Shown here: in pieces, positions 53,360-63,133 of the stretch
Layout: every line of letters starts with the position of its first letter
How positions within the stretch are numbered: position 1 is the first letter of the stretch
Origin: an uncultured delta proteobacterium
GTDB lineage: Bacteria > Desulfobacterota > Binatia > Binatales > Binataceae
Length of the DNA stretch: 64,000 bases
Assembly (NCBI GenBank): GCA_963761255.1
Contig: CAVXGH010000004.1
Span: 230,890 to 294,889 of the forward strand
Reading direction: 5' to 3'
Program-made: the position numbers and the translations under genes
Notes under the pieces: model-generated
Told to the model about the DNA's origin: nothing
The model's database searches: none
What the model saw: the letters and a program-made list of their open reading frames with translations, nothing else

Positions 53360-55180
53360 TCATGCGAGGCGCTTTTGGAGCGCATCGCGCAGCGCGGGAA
53401 TGATTTTGTTCCACTCCGCAACCAGCCCGATGTCGGCGCGCTCGAAAATCTGCGCCTCGGGATCGTTGTTAATCGCGACCACCGTCTGCGCGCGCTTGAT
53501 GCCGATGGTGTGATTGATCGCGCCGCGAATGCCGACCGAAAAATATAGCCGCGGATCGATCGCCTTGCCGGTAAGTCCCACCTGAAGTTGACGCGGCATC
53601 CAACCCGCGTCGGTGACGCGGCGCGTCGCACACATCCCGGCGCGCAGCACTCGCGCGAAGTCTTTCAACACCGCCACGCCGTCGGCCCCCACGCCGGTCC
53701 CGAGTCCCACGATGACCTCGGCGCCTTCCAGCGGCTCGATGGTCGTATCCATCAGCGAGTGCTCTTTGATGAGGCGGCTCAGCGGCTGCGAAGTATGGGC
53801 CTGCACCACCTCGACTTCCGCGTTGCGGCTTTCATTCGGGTCGGCGAGCTCGAGGACGCCGGAACGCACGGTCGCCATCTGCGGCAGGGTCTTCGAGAGG
53901 ATCGGCGCGACGATGTTTCCGCCGAAGGCCGGCTTCAGCGCGACGAGCCGATTCTGTTCATCGATTTCCAATCCGATCGCATCGCCGGTCAAACCAAGCC
54001 CGAGGCGCGCCGCGAGTCGCGGACCCCAATCGCGGCCGCGCTCGCTCGCGGAGAGGAATAGGCCCCACGGCTCATGCTGCTTGACCACCGACGCCATCGC
54101 CTCGGCCGCGGTTTCAGGCGTGTATGCCTCGATACCCGGCGCTTCGAGAATCACCACGCGATCGGCGCCATAGCGACCGAGGAGTCCGGCGTGTTTGCGC
54201 ATCGAGGCGCCAAATCCTGCAGCGCTAACCGCGCCGCCCAGATGCGTCGCGAGTTCATCGGCGCGCGACAGCAGCTCCAGGCTTCCGCGCGTCACGAACC
54301 CCGCGAGGTTGCTCTCGACGACCACCCATACATCGCGTCCACGGCGCGGCTTCCTGGAGATCGGCGAAATCTCGCGACGCTTTCCGGCGCGCGGCTTCAG
54401 CGCGCCCACCTTGTCCAGCTCGGCGATAACGTCGGCGGCGGCGCGCTCGGGATCGGACGCATCGATGAATTTGCACTTGGTAGTCGGAGTTTCGACCGGG
54501 CGAATTGCCGCGACCCAGGTCGGCGATCCTTCCAGCCCGAAGTCGCCGGCGCTCGCGCCCAGCTCCTTCAGCGAAAGGGTTTCGATCGATTTCGACTTCG
54601 CCTGTTCGGTCGCGTCCGGCTTGAGCTTGATTGGTTGCGCGACGCGTTCCGCGCACGTCAGCAGCACCGGCATCGCGGCTTCGACCTCATCGAAGCCTTC
54701 GTCGCTCTCGCGCTCGGCTTTGATGATGCGGCCGTCGATTTCCAATTTACGCACGCCGGTCATTTGCGCGACGCCGAGCAGTTCCGCGACTTCCGGCCCG
54801 ACCTGACCGGTTTCCGCATCGAGGGAATATTTGCCGAGCAGGACCAAATCGAACTTCCCGCGTTTGAGCGTCGTCGCCAGAGCGCGCGCCGTCGCGAGCG
54901 TATCGGAGCCCGCAAAAGCGCGATCGGTTATGTGCACCGCGCGATCCATTCCCATCGCGAGCGCCTGCTCCAGCGACTCGCGCGCCTGCGGCGGTCCCAG
55001 CGTGATAACGGTGGTCTCAGCGCCGTGGCGATTTTTCAAATCCATCGCGAGCGACACCGCGCGCAAATCGAAAGCGCTGATGACATTGGGGCCGTCGCGC
55101 TTGATGGTCTTGGTTGCCGGGTCGAAATTGGCTTCTTCGACAAGGGGAATCTGTTTAATGAGAACCGCGATGTTCAACAC
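53360..55180 (-). CDS. Fused electron transfer flavoprotein beta-alpha (EtfB-EtfA / FixA-FixB fusion)
   Basis: The N-terminal 260 aa are EtfB-like (MLNIAVLIKQIPLVEEANFDP…, DLVLLGKYSLDAETGQVGP). The C-terminal 330 aa are EtfA-like with the FAD-binding signature (…RVVSGGRG-like region, YFSVGIRGAINHTIGIKRAQTVVAINNDPEAQIF). Confidence 0.85.
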   Translation of the reverse strand: MLNIAVLIKQIPLVEEANFDPATKTIKRDGPNVISAFDLRAVSLAMDLKNRHGAETTVITLGPPQARESLEQALAMGMDRAVHITDRAFAGSDTLATARALATTLKRGKFDLVLLGKYSLDAETGQVGPEVAELLGVAQMTGVRKLEIDGRIIKAERESDEGFDEVEAAMPVLLTCAERVAQPIKLKPDATEQAKSKSIETLSLKELGASAGDFGLEGSPTWVAAIRPVETPTTKCKFIDASDPERAAADVIAELDKVGALKPRAGKRREISPISRKPRRGRDVWVVVESNLAGFVTRGSLELLSRADELATHLGGAVSAAGFGASMRKHAGLLGRYGADRVVILEAPGIEAYTPETAAEAMASVVKQHEPWGLFLSASERGRDWGPRLAARLGLGLTGDAIGLEIDEQNRLVALKPAFGGNIVAPILSKTLPQMATVRSGVLELADPNESRNAEVEVVQAHTSQPLSRLIKEHSLMDTTIEPLEGAEVIVGLGTGVGADGVAVLKDFARVLRAGMCATRRVTDAGWMPRQLQVGLTGKAIDPRLYFSVGIRGAINHTIGIKRAQTVVAINNDPEAQIFERADIGLVAEWNKIIPALRDALQKRLA

Positions 55181-55308
55181 TGATGAGTCCTTCCTGCGGG
55201 AAAACTAACGGTAGCAATCAATCTATGCAAACCATCCGCTCCCGCGATAGCAGAGCGGCCGCGCTTAAGGTCGCGGGCTGGATGCGATAGCGTCGCGAGG
55301 TGCCTCGA

Positions 55309-56154
55309 ATGCGCTCCACATCAGCCAGTGTCGTCCTGCTCGCACTTTTTTTGATGGCGCCGGCGCGCGTCGCGAACTGCGCCGAGCGAATCGTGTCGCT
55401 GGTGCCGTCGGTCACCGAAACTCTCTTCGCGCTTGGCGTCGGCAACGAGGTTGTTGGCGTATCATCATATGATGATTATCCGCCCGAAGTGATGAAGCTT
55501 CCGCGCGTCGGATCGTTTCTCACTCCTAACCTCGAAGCGATCGCGGCGCTGCGCCCAACCATCGTTATCGGGCGCGGCATCTCCTCGAATCAGCGCGAGG
55601 TCCACGCGCTGCGTGCAATGGGCTATGAGGTTTTATTGGTCGAGGATGACTCGCTGCCGCAAATCGAACAGAGCATCAAAACGATCGGGCAGCGCATCGG
55701 CAGGGCGGCGCAAGCCGATGCGATCATCGCGGGTATCGAGGCGAATGTGCACGATGTCCGCGCGCGCGTGCATCCGTTTCCGGTGCGCCCGGCGTTGATG
55801 CTGGTGGGGCATCAGCCGATCGTCGCGGTGGGGCCGGGAACCTTTCTTGACGACCTGATCAAAATCGCCGGCGCGGACAATATCGCGGATGCCGTCGGTC
55901 AGCAGTGGCCGCAGCTCAGCATTGAATACATCGTCGCGATGCGACCGGCGGTTATCATCGATGGTCAGATGGGAACCGACCCGCAGTCGCCGACCCAATT
56001 CTGGGACGCCTATCCGACCATTCCAGCAGTCAGGAATCATCGCGTGGTTGGATACCCTGAGGACCCCACCCTGCATCCGGGGCCGCGCGTTGGAACGACG
56101 CTCGAAATGATTGCGAAGCTGATTCATCCCGAGGCGTGGAAAACTCCGCGATGA
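55309..56154 (+). CDS. ABC transporter periplasmic substrate-binding protein, class III (BtuF / Fe3+-siderophore-like)
   Basis: Signal peptide MRSTSASVVLLALFLMAPARVANC. ...IVSLVPSVTETLFALGVGNEVVGVS... is typical of BtuF/FhuD-like PBPs. GAGG RBS present; a GTG at 55300 is also possible. Confidence 0.8.
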   Translation: MRSTSASVVLLALFLMAPARVANCAERIVSLVPSVTETLFALGVGNEVVGVSSYDDYPPEVMKLPRVGSFLTPNLEAIAALRPTIVIGRGISSNQREVHALRAMGYEVLLVEDDSLPQIEQSIKTIGQRIGRAAQADAIIAGIEANVHDVRARVHPFPVRPALMLVGHQPIVAVGPGTFLDDLIKIAGADNIADAVGQQWPQLSIEYIVAMRPAVIIDGQMGTDPQSPTQFWDAYPTIPAVRNHRVVGYPEDPTLHPGPRVGTTLEMIAKLIHPEAWKTPR

Positions 56155-57191
56155 ATGCGGCAGTAAATCTGAGCGCATTCGAGGGAGCATACCTAACGCG
56201 TGGCCGCATGGTTTTGTGGCTGCTGATTTTGTGCGCGGTGTTGATGGCCTCGCTTATCCTCGCGGCCTCGTTCGGCAGCGCGCCGGTCAACCTGATGCGC
56301 GCCGTCACGGATTCGATGAGCGCTGACCATGCGATCTTTTTTGGCGTGCGGCTCCCGCGCGTGCTGATGGGTGCGGTGGTCGGCGCCGTGCTCGCTTCGG
56401 CGGGAGTCGCGCTTCAGGCATTGGTGCGAAATCCACTTGCCGAAGGAGGCATCCTGGGAATTTCAGGCGGCGCGGCCCTCGGAGCGATCGTCGCCTTGAT
56501 TGCGCTCTCGACGAGTCCCCTCGCCGATGCGATCGTTCCGCTCATCGCATTCGGTTCGGCTTTGCTGGCGACGCTCGCGGTATATCGCCTCGCGCTGATC
56601 GACGGACGCCTCGAACCATTCACGCTGCTTTTAATCGGTGTTATCTTCAACGCGTTCTGGGGCGCGGCGATCATGCTGGTCAACAGCATCGTCAATTTCT
56701 ACTACGCGCACAGTATCCTCTTCTGGCTGATGGGCAATCTCGAGGCGCCCAGCTATCGCGAGGTCGAGATCGTTGCGGTCCTCGCCGGGATAGGATTCGC
56801 TGTGCTGATGTTTCGCGCGCGCGACCTGAATCTGCTCAGCTTGGGTGACGAAGCCGCGGCCGAAATGGGCGTCGAGGTCGACCATCTTCGGCGCGTAGTT
56901 TTTTTCGCGACCTCGATCATGATCGGCGCGGCGGTGTCGGTCAGCGGGATCATCTCCTTCGTCGGGCTGATCGTGCCGCACGTGCTGCGCCTCGCGTTGG
57001 GCGCCGATCATCGCTTGTTGCTCCCGGCGTCGCTGATTGGCGGCGCGGCATTCATGGTGATTGCTGATCTGGTCGCACGCACCGCCATCGCTCCCGCCGA
57101 AATCCCCGTCGGTGCCATCACGGCGCTATGCGGCGGCCCGTTTTTTATCTTCATGTTGCGCCGCCAGGGCCGCCGGCCGTTTTCACTGTGA
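56151..57191 (+). CDS. FecCD/BtuC-family ABC transporter permease
   Basis: About 9-10 TM helices and conserved ...GAALGAIVALI... segments. ATGA overlap with the upstream SBP gene; a GTG at 56136 is also possible. Confidence 0.85.
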   Translation: MNAAVNLSAFEGAYLTRGRMVLWLLILCAVLMASLILAASFGSAPVNLMRAVTDSMSADHAIFFGVRLPRVLMGAVVGAVLASAGVALQALVRNPLAEGGILGISGGAALGAIVALIALSTSPLADAIVPLIAFGSALLATLAVYRLALIDGRLEPFTLLLIGVIFNAFWGAAIMLVNSIVNFYYAHSILFWLMGNLEAPSYREVEIVAVLAGIGFAVLMFRARDLNLLSLGDEAAAEMGVEVDHLRRVVFFATSIMIGAAVSVSGIISFVGLIVPHVLRLALGADHRLLLPASLIGGAAFMVIADLVARTAIAPAEIPVGAITALCGGPFFIFMLRRQGRRPFSL

Positions 57192-57994
57192 GCGACGGAA
57201 ACAAAGACGAACCGGTGCTCAAGGCCGAGGGCATCGTCGCCGGCTATGGCGCGATCGAGGTGCTGCGCGGCGTCTCGATGGAACTTCAGGCGGGCGAGAT
57301 GCTGGCGATCGTCGGCCCCAATGGCGCGGGCAAATCGACGCTGCTGAAAGTGCTGGGAGCTACGCTCGCTCCGATCGCGGGCAGGGTGGAATTATTCGGC
57401 CGTCCGCTCGATTCGTATGATCGCCGCGCGTTCGCGACGCTGGTGGCGACGGTCGCGCAGGAAAATTCCATCGCTTTTCAGTTCTCGGTGCTCGAAGTCG
57501 TGCTGATGGGGCGCGCGCCGCATCTGGGCGCATTCCACTTCGAGACTCGCCGCGACCTCGAAATCGCGCACTCGGCGCTGAACCACTTCGATCTGCTCGC
57601 GCTCGCGCGGCGGCCTATCCAGGAACTTTCCGGCGGCGAGCGCAAACGCGTCTTCCTCGCGCGTGCGCTCGCGCAGGAGGCCAAGATCGCCCTCCTCGAT
57701 GAACCAACGGCGTTCCTCGACCTCAGACATGTGGCCGATATTTTTTCGCGCTTTCGCGCGCTGTGCGTCGAGCGCGGGATGGCGGTGGTCGCGACGCTGC
57801 ACGATCTGAACGCCGCCGCGATGTATGCCGACCGAGTGTTGCTTATGAAAGACGGCGCCGTGATCGCATGCGGAACTCCGGAGGCCGTCCTCACGCAAAA
57901 GAATCTGCGCGCGGTTTACGACACTGAAGTCTACGTAGGCCGCAATCCGGCTAGCGGAGCGCTGGTGGTCCTCCCAATCGCGCCGCGAGGCTGA
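57188..57994 (+). CDS. ABC transporter ATP-binding protein (BtuD/FecE-like)
   Basis: GTG start overlapping the permease stop (GTGA). Walker A GPNGAGKST, signature LSGGERKRV, Walker B ALLDEPTAFLD. Confidence 0.85.
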   Translation: MSDGNKDEPVLKAEGIVAGYGAIEVLRGVSMELQAGEMLAIVGPNGAGKSTLLKVLGATLAPIAGRVELFGRPLDSYDRRAFATLVATVAQENSIAFQFSVLEVVLMGRAPHLGAFHFETRRDLEIAHSALNHFDLLALARRPIQELSGGERKRVFLARALAQEAKIALLDEPTAFLDLRHVADIFSRFRALCVERGMAVVATLHDLNAAAMYADRVLLMKDGAVIACGTPEAVLTQKNLRAVYDTEVYVGRNPASGALVVLPIAPRG

Positions 57995-58033
57995 TTTACT
58001 CCTGCGTGTCCGCGTGGTTACGATCATTACGCA

Positions 58034-58756
58034 ATGTCACTTCCGACCGCCTGGCGCGACGAGGCGCCGCTGAACCTGGTTCTCGATGCCGATGATACGT
58101 TGTGGGATTCGAACATCCACTTCTTGGAGGCGTTCGAGAATTTCGTCGCGGCCATCGGCGCGCTCGGCGTCGACACGCATCGCGATTCGATCAAGGCGAT
58201 CGTGCGCGAGGCCGAACTCGAGCTGATCCAGACGCATGGTTATGGCCGCCGTCCTTATGTGATCGCGCTCGAACGCGCGGTCGCCCAGATCGCGCCGGAG
58301 CCGCATCAGGAGCTGCTGCGCCGCGAGGTCGAGAGGATCGGCAGCGAGCTCATCGAGCGCCATTGCGACCTCCTGCCCGGCGTCGAAGAGACGGTACCGG
58401 AGCTCGCCACGCGCCATCGGTTAATCCTCTTCACCAAGGGGCAGCGCGATGAGCAGATGCGCAAGCTGGATCGATCGGGCCTCGCACCCTACTTCAGCCG
58501 GGTCGAAACGCCGCGCGAGAAGAATCCCGATTCGTATCGGCGGCTGGTCGTCGAGGTCGGCCTCGACAAAGAGCGCACATTCATGATCGGAAACAGCCCG
58601 CGCTCGGACATCAATCCGGCCTTGCGCGCCGGTTTGCGGGCCGCGATTTACATCCCCCACGATAATACCTGGGACATGGAGCACGAGGAGCTCGATGCGG
58701 CGGACCCGCGAATCGTCGAGTTACCCTCCTTCCGCGCACTGCTCCACGTGTTCTAG
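58034..58756 (+). CDS. HAD-superfamily hydrolase
   Basis: Motif I LVLDADDTLWD (DxDxT), motif II LFTKG, motif III/IV ...GNSPRSDINPA.... Confidence 0.8.
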   Translation: MSLPTAWRDEAPLNLVLDADDTLWDSNIHFLEAFENFVAAIGALGVDTHRDSIKAIVREAELELIQTHGYGRRPYVIALERAVAQIAPEPHQELLRREVERIGSELIERHCDLLPGVEETVPELATRHRLILFTKGQRDEQMRKLDRSGLAPYFSRVETPREKNPDSYRRLVVEVGLDKERTFMIGNSPRSDINPALRAGLRAAIYIPHDNTWDMEHEELDAADPRIVELPSFRALLHVF

Positions 58757-58843
58757 GATAGAAGCGATCGGTCATCGACGAGGCTTGCCATCAGTACTGC
58801 ACATCTGAAATCGAAGTCGCTCAAGGCGAAACCTCCCCTGCCG

Positions 58844-59743
58844 TTGCGTCCGATTCATCGGATGTGGCGACGCACCATCGATGCGGTCGAGGTATCTAAC
58901 ATCGCGCTTCCTGTGCGCGCGTTGCCCGCGGCGCTGAAGGGCGTCGTAGCATGTCAAATCAGCGACTTCCATCTCGATATGGATGAGGATGTCGATCGCC
59001 TCGAATTGGCGGTCGATGTTATCAATCGCGAAAAGCCGGAGTTCGTCTTCCTGACCGGCGATTATTTTTCCGGGCCCGACACGATGCGGCGCTATGTCGG
59101 CGCGTTTCAGCATGCATTGAAACGGCTCCATCCCAAGGTCGGCGTATTTGCGGTCGCAGGAAATCACGACCACTGGTCGTCGTTCGACACCATTGCCGCT
59201 GCCCTCGAAGCAGCGGGCGTCGATTTGCTGGCGAATACGAATCGTCCGTTGAAGCTGAAGGGCGAGGATCTCACCATCGTCGGCATCGACGATCTGTGGT
59301 CGCGCCGCGCCGAGCCGTCGCGCGCATTCAAGGATGTGGTGCCTGAGGCCTCGACGATCGTGCTGGCGCACAATCCGGATACTGCACTATATGCGCGTCA
59401 TCTCTCGCCCGGCGTGATGCTTTCGGGGCATACGCATGGGGGCGTGGTACGGATTCCATTTTATGGATCGCCGCTGCGCTCGATCCTTAGAATCGGCAAG
59501 CAGTTCTACGCCGGACTGAACCTCTACGAGGATTTCTACATCTATACCAACCGCGGCCTCGGCACGTTTTGGGTGCGCATCCGTATCAACTGCCGTCCCG
59601 AGATTTCGCGCTTCAACCTCACGCAGCTTGCGCTCCCCAAGAGCGAGCATCGCCCTGGCACCGTCGCCGAGCCGGTTATGCAGCCGAGGCGTCGACGGCG
59701 CATTGGACCGATGCGTCCCCGAAAAGCACGCGCGCATCGTTAA
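58844..59743 (+). CDS. Metallophosphoesterase (calcineurin-like phosphoesterase)
   Basis: DFHLD, GDYFSG, AGNHDHW, GHTHGG metal-ligand motifs. Confidence 0.8.
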   Translation: MRPIHRMWRRTIDAVEVSNIALPVRALPAALKGVVACQISDFHLDMDEDVDRLELAVDVINREKPEFVFLTGDYFSGPDTMRRYVGAFQHALKRLHPKVGVFAVAGNHDHWSSFDTIAAALEAAGVDLLANTNRPLKLKGEDLTIVGIDDLWSRRAEPSRAFKDVVPEASTIVLAHNPDTALYARHLSPGVMLSGHTHGGVVRIPFYGSPLRSILRIGKQFYAGLNLYEDFYIYTNRGLGTFWVRIRINCRPEISRFNLTQLALPKSEHRPGTVAEPVMQPRRRRRIGPMRPRKARAHR

Positions 59744-59756
59744 CCCCCGAATTTCG

Positions 59757-61133
59757 ATGCTCGACCTCGCAATCACCGGCGCCACCGTAGTTACGCCCCA
59801 AGCTACGAGGCTGGCGGATGTCGGCATCAAAGACGGCAAGATTGGCGCCATCGTCGCTCCGGGCGAGCTGGAGCAGACAACCAAAACCATCGATGCGCGC
59901 GGGATGCTATTGCTGCCGGGCGCGGTCGATCCTCATACGCACCTTGATGCGGAGATGTTCGGCGCGACCACCGCCGATGACTTCGAGTCCGGCACCATCG
60001 CCGCCGCGGCCGGCGGCGTCACGAGCATCATCGATTACGCGTTCCAGGCGCCGGGAGGATCGCTGAGCGAGGCGATTTCGAAGTGGGATGATAAGGCGCG
60101 CGGTCGCGCCATAATCGATTACGGATTCCATGTTGCGATCCTCGATCCGACCCCGGCGACCATTGCAGAGATTCCGAAGATCGTCGAGCGCGGGGTCAGC
60201 AGCTTCAAAATTTTCATGATGCGCGGCTTCGAGGAGCGCGCGCGCGACTTCTTGCGCGCGTTCAGGATGGCCGCCGAGTCCGGCGCCCTGCTTACGATAC
60301 ACGCCGAGGACGAGCACCTGATTGGCTATTGCACCGAGCGGCTGCTCGGCGCGGGAAATCGTGGCGTCGCGCATTTCGCTTCGAGCCGGCCCCCGCTGTC
60401 TGAGGCTGCGGCGGTGTTGCGCGGCCTCAAGATGACCGAACTCACTGGCGCGCCCGCTTACTTCGTGCATCTGTCGAGCAAGGCCGCCATCGATGAGATT
60501 CGCCGCGCGCGCCGCAATGGCTCGGGTCGTGCGATCCTCGCGGAGACTCGCCCCATCTACCTTTACCTGACGCAGGAGAAATTCCTCGAACCGCAGGGCG
60601 AGAAGTATGTCGGCTATCCTCCGCTGCGCGACCGCGCCGATGTCGAGGCGATTTGGGAAGCACTCGCGGATGGCACCATTGATGTCGTCGCGACTGACCA
60701 CTGCAGTTGGCCGCTGGAGCGCAAAATCGCCGCCGATCGTTTCACCCGGATTCCGCCAGGCATGTCGAACCTCGAGACTCTCGTGCCGATGCTGTACTCC
60801 GAGGGCGTCGTGAAGCGGCGGATATCGCTGGAGCGGATGGTGGAGTTGGTGGCGACCACTCCGGCGAAGATTTTCGGACTCTATCCGCGCAAAGGCGCGA
60901 TCGTTGAAGGCGCCGATGCAGACCTGGTGGTTTTCGACCCCGAAGCGAAAATAGTGGTGCATGCGAGCCAGATGCATTCCCGCGCGGATTACGATCCGTT
61001 CGAAGGCCTCGAGGTTACCGGATGGCCTCGCATCACGATCTCGCGCGGCGAGGAAATTGTCCGCGCTCGCAAATCATCCGCGCGGGCCGGCCGCGGAATT
61101 TTCCTCGCGAGGTCGGCATTCTCCTCATCTTAA
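59757..61133 (+). CDS. Cyclic amidohydrolase (dihydropyrimidinase / D-hydantoinase family)
   Basis: MLDLAITGATVV..., HxH metal site (VDPHTHLD), the FKIFMM carboxylated-lysine region and ...ATDHCSW.... The longer ORF start at 59628 overlaps the upstream gene and is less likely. Confidence 0.85.
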   Translation: MLDLAITGATVVTPQATRLADVGIKDGKIGAIVAPGELEQTTKTIDARGMLLLPGAVDPHTHLDAEMFGATTADDFESGTIAAAAGGVTSIIDYAFQAPGGSLSEAISKWDDKARGRAIIDYGFHVAILDPTPATIAEIPKIVERGVSSFKIFMMRGFEERARDFLRAFRMAAESGALLTIHAEDEHLIGYCTERLLGAGNRGVAHFASSRPPLSEAAAVLRGLKMTELTGAPAYFVHLSSKAAIDEIRRARRNGSGRAILAETRPIYLYLTQEKFLEPQGEKYVGYPPLRDRADVEAIWEALADGTIDVVATDHCSWPLERKIAADRFTRIPPGMSNLETLVPMLYSEGVVKRRISLERMVELVATTPAKIFGLYPRKGAIVEGADADLVVFDPEAKIVVHASQMHSRADYDPFEGLEVTGWPRITISRGEEIVRARKSSARAGRGIFLARSAFSSS

Positions 61134-61170
61134 AGACTGTCTCAACCCCTTTCGCCTGAGGACCCCTCGC

Positions 61171-62085
61171 ATGTCCGAAAAAATTGTTGCAACCGCCGGA
61201 GGTTCCGGATTCATCGGGCGCGCCATCGCGCGACGACTAGCCGGGATACCCGAGATCCGCGTGCGCGGGTTGAGCCGTTCGCCGGAGCGCGCGCGTCAAC
61301 GCCTCGATCTTCCCAACCTCGAATGGGTCCGTGCCGAGGTCACTGAACCATCGACGCTGCCCAACGCGCTCAAGGGCGCGCAGGCGATCGTCAGCGCGGT
61401 GCAGTTCGAGGGTTATCCGGTTGAGAATCCGAAAAGAGGTCTGACCTTCGAGCGGGTGGATTTCGGCGGAACCGTTGCGCTGCTCGAAGCTGCGAAGAAA
61501 GTCGGTGTCGAGCAATTTGTCTATGTCAGCGGCGCGGCGGCCGATGAAAACGCGACGCATCCCGGGTTTCGCGCCAAGGGCAAGGCGGAGCGCGCGATTC
61601 GTGAGTCGGGTTTGGCATACACCATCTTTCGGCCGTCGCTGGTCTATGGCCCCGAAGACAAGGTGATGAACGGTTTCGCGAAGCTGCTGAAGTTCTCGCC
61701 GGCGTTCGGCGTACCGGGAACTGGGCGCCAGAAAGTTCAGCCGGTGCTGGTCGATGATCTCGCCGCCTGCGTCGCGATGGCCATCAGCGGTAAAGGACGC
61801 AACGCCACCTTCGATGTCGGCGGACCGGAGCTGATGACCTTCGACGAGATGATTCGCATCTTGATGGAGGTGACCGGGCGGCGCCGACCAATCCTTCATA
61901 TTCCGGAAGGCGCGATGCGTATGGGTGCCTCGTTGCTGGAGATGCTGCCGACGCCGCTGCTCTCGCGCGACGCGGTGACCTTCGTGACCGCCGACAACGC
62001 GACAGACATCCAGCCGCTTATCGCGGAGTTCGGGATCAAGCTCACTCCGCTGCGTGAGGGATTGAAATATCTAGCTGCTAAGTAG
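61171..62085 (+). CDS. NAD(P)-dependent epimerase/dehydratase family protein (SDR, NmrA/complex-I NDUFA9-like)
   Basis: MSEKIVATAGGSGFIGRAIARRL (GxxGxxG Rossmann), ...YTIFRPSLVYGPED.... Confidence 0.85.
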   Translation: MSEKIVATAGGSGFIGRAIARRLAGIPEIRVRGLSRSPERARQRLDLPNLEWVRAEVTEPSTLPNALKGAQAIVSAVQFEGYPVENPKRGLTFERVDFGGTVALLEAAKKVGVEQFVYVSGAAADENATHPGFRAKGKAERAIRESGLAYTIFRPSLVYGPEDKVMNGFAKLLKFSPAFGVPGTGRQKVQPVLVDDLAACVAMAISGKGRNATFDVGGPELMTFDEMIRILMEVTGRRRPILHIPEGAMRMGASLLEMLPTPLLSRDAVTFVTADNATDIQPLIAEFGIKLTPLREGLKYLAAK

Positions 62086-62096
62086 CTATCCGAGCT

Positions 62097-63047
62097 TTAT
62101 AGGACTGGCCGCCATCCGTCGCCTTCGAAGCCGAAGCGGAAGGTATTCGGATGAATCAACTCCGCGAGGATTTGCAGTGACTCGACGATGCGAGGGCCGG
62201 GGCGATTGAAGTACTGATTGCCATCGGCGAGGAAGACTCTACCGTCGCGCACTGCACGGATTTGTTTCCATCCATTTTGTTTCTGTAGCAGATGCAGTTC
62301 CTCCGAGGCGCGCGGGATGCCGAAGCCGCACGGCGCGATGACGATGACCTCGGGATCGGCGGCGGCGAGTTCCTCGAACTTCATCCATGGCGAATGCTCG
62401 CCCGCCTTGCCGAAGAGATTCTTTGCGCCCGCCATCTCGACCAGCTGGGGCATCCAGTTGCCGGCCGCCATCATCGGCTCGATCCATTCGATGCACGCGA
62501 CAGTGGGTTTGTTTTTGAGCTTTGATGCGACTTCGCGAATTTCCGCGCAGCGCATTTGCAGATCGTGCACCAGCTTGTCGCCGCGCTCCGGCGCGCCGAG
62601 GGCGACGGCGACGCGTTGCATGTCGGCGAACACATCGGCCAGCGAGTACGGCGCGAGCGACACGACTTTGGGTCGCAAACCAGTCCATTCAGCGACGGCG
62701 GTATCAACGTCGGCCTGGTTGACCGCGCACACCTCGCATTGCGATTGCGTTACGATTACGTCGGGTCTGAGCTCGCGAAGTTTGGCGGCATCGACACGAT
62801 AGACCGACAGCGCCTCGCGCACGATGGTTTTCACCCGCGCATCGATCTCGGCGCTGCTGCCCTCGGGATTGAACTTCGGCTCCGTGAGCGCCGGCAGCCG
62901 TTTCACCGAGGGCGGAAAATCGCATTCGTGAGACCTCCCAACCAGCTCGCTCTCGAATCCCACCGCGCAAACAATTTCTGTTGCACTCGGCAACAGCGTC
63001 ACGATTCGACGGGCCATGAGCATAACGGTACTCGATTGGGCTGTCAT
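62097..63047 (-). CDS. Cytoplasmic BtuF-like (class III periplasmic-binding-fold) cobalamin-binding protein without signal peptide
   Basis: ...IVTLLPSATEIVCAVGFESELVGRSHECDFP... has class III SBP topology but no signal peptide, like the cobalamin-binding proteins found beside B12 uptake genes. Confidence 0.65.
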   Translation of the reverse strand: MTAQSSTVMLMARRIVTLLPSATEIVCAVGFESELVGRSHECDFPPSVKRLPALTEPKFNPEGSSAEIDARVKTIVREALSVYRVDAAKLRELRPDVIVTQSQCEVCAVNQADVDTAVAEWTGLRPKVVSLAPYSLADVFADMQRVAVALGAPERGDKLVHDLQMRCAEIREVASKLKNKPTVACIEWIEPMMAAGNWMPQLVEMAGAKNLFGKAGEHSPWMKFEELAAADPEVIVIAPCGFGIPRASEELHLLQKQNGWKQIRAVRDGRVFLADGNQYFNRPGPRIVESLQILAELIHPNTFRFGFEGDGWRPVL

Positions 63048-63133
63048 CGGCGAGTTGATCGGGCGAGTCGATTGACCGTCATCGAAAGCGGATGATAAGA
63101 GCCGAACAGGTTTTCCAGACGCGGAGACTTCTG

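Noticed and set aside
55181-55308. Possible cobalamin riboswitch upstream of the BtuF-like ABC transporter genes
   Set aside because: Only 128 nt long. No B12 box (GCCACTG), no conserved GGGAA / GGTG…AATCC elements, no obvious multi-stem structure.
59907-60977. 356-aa ORF antisense to the dihydropyrimidinase-like gene
   Set aside because: Shadow ORF of a well-supported amidohydrolase CDS, with no motifs.
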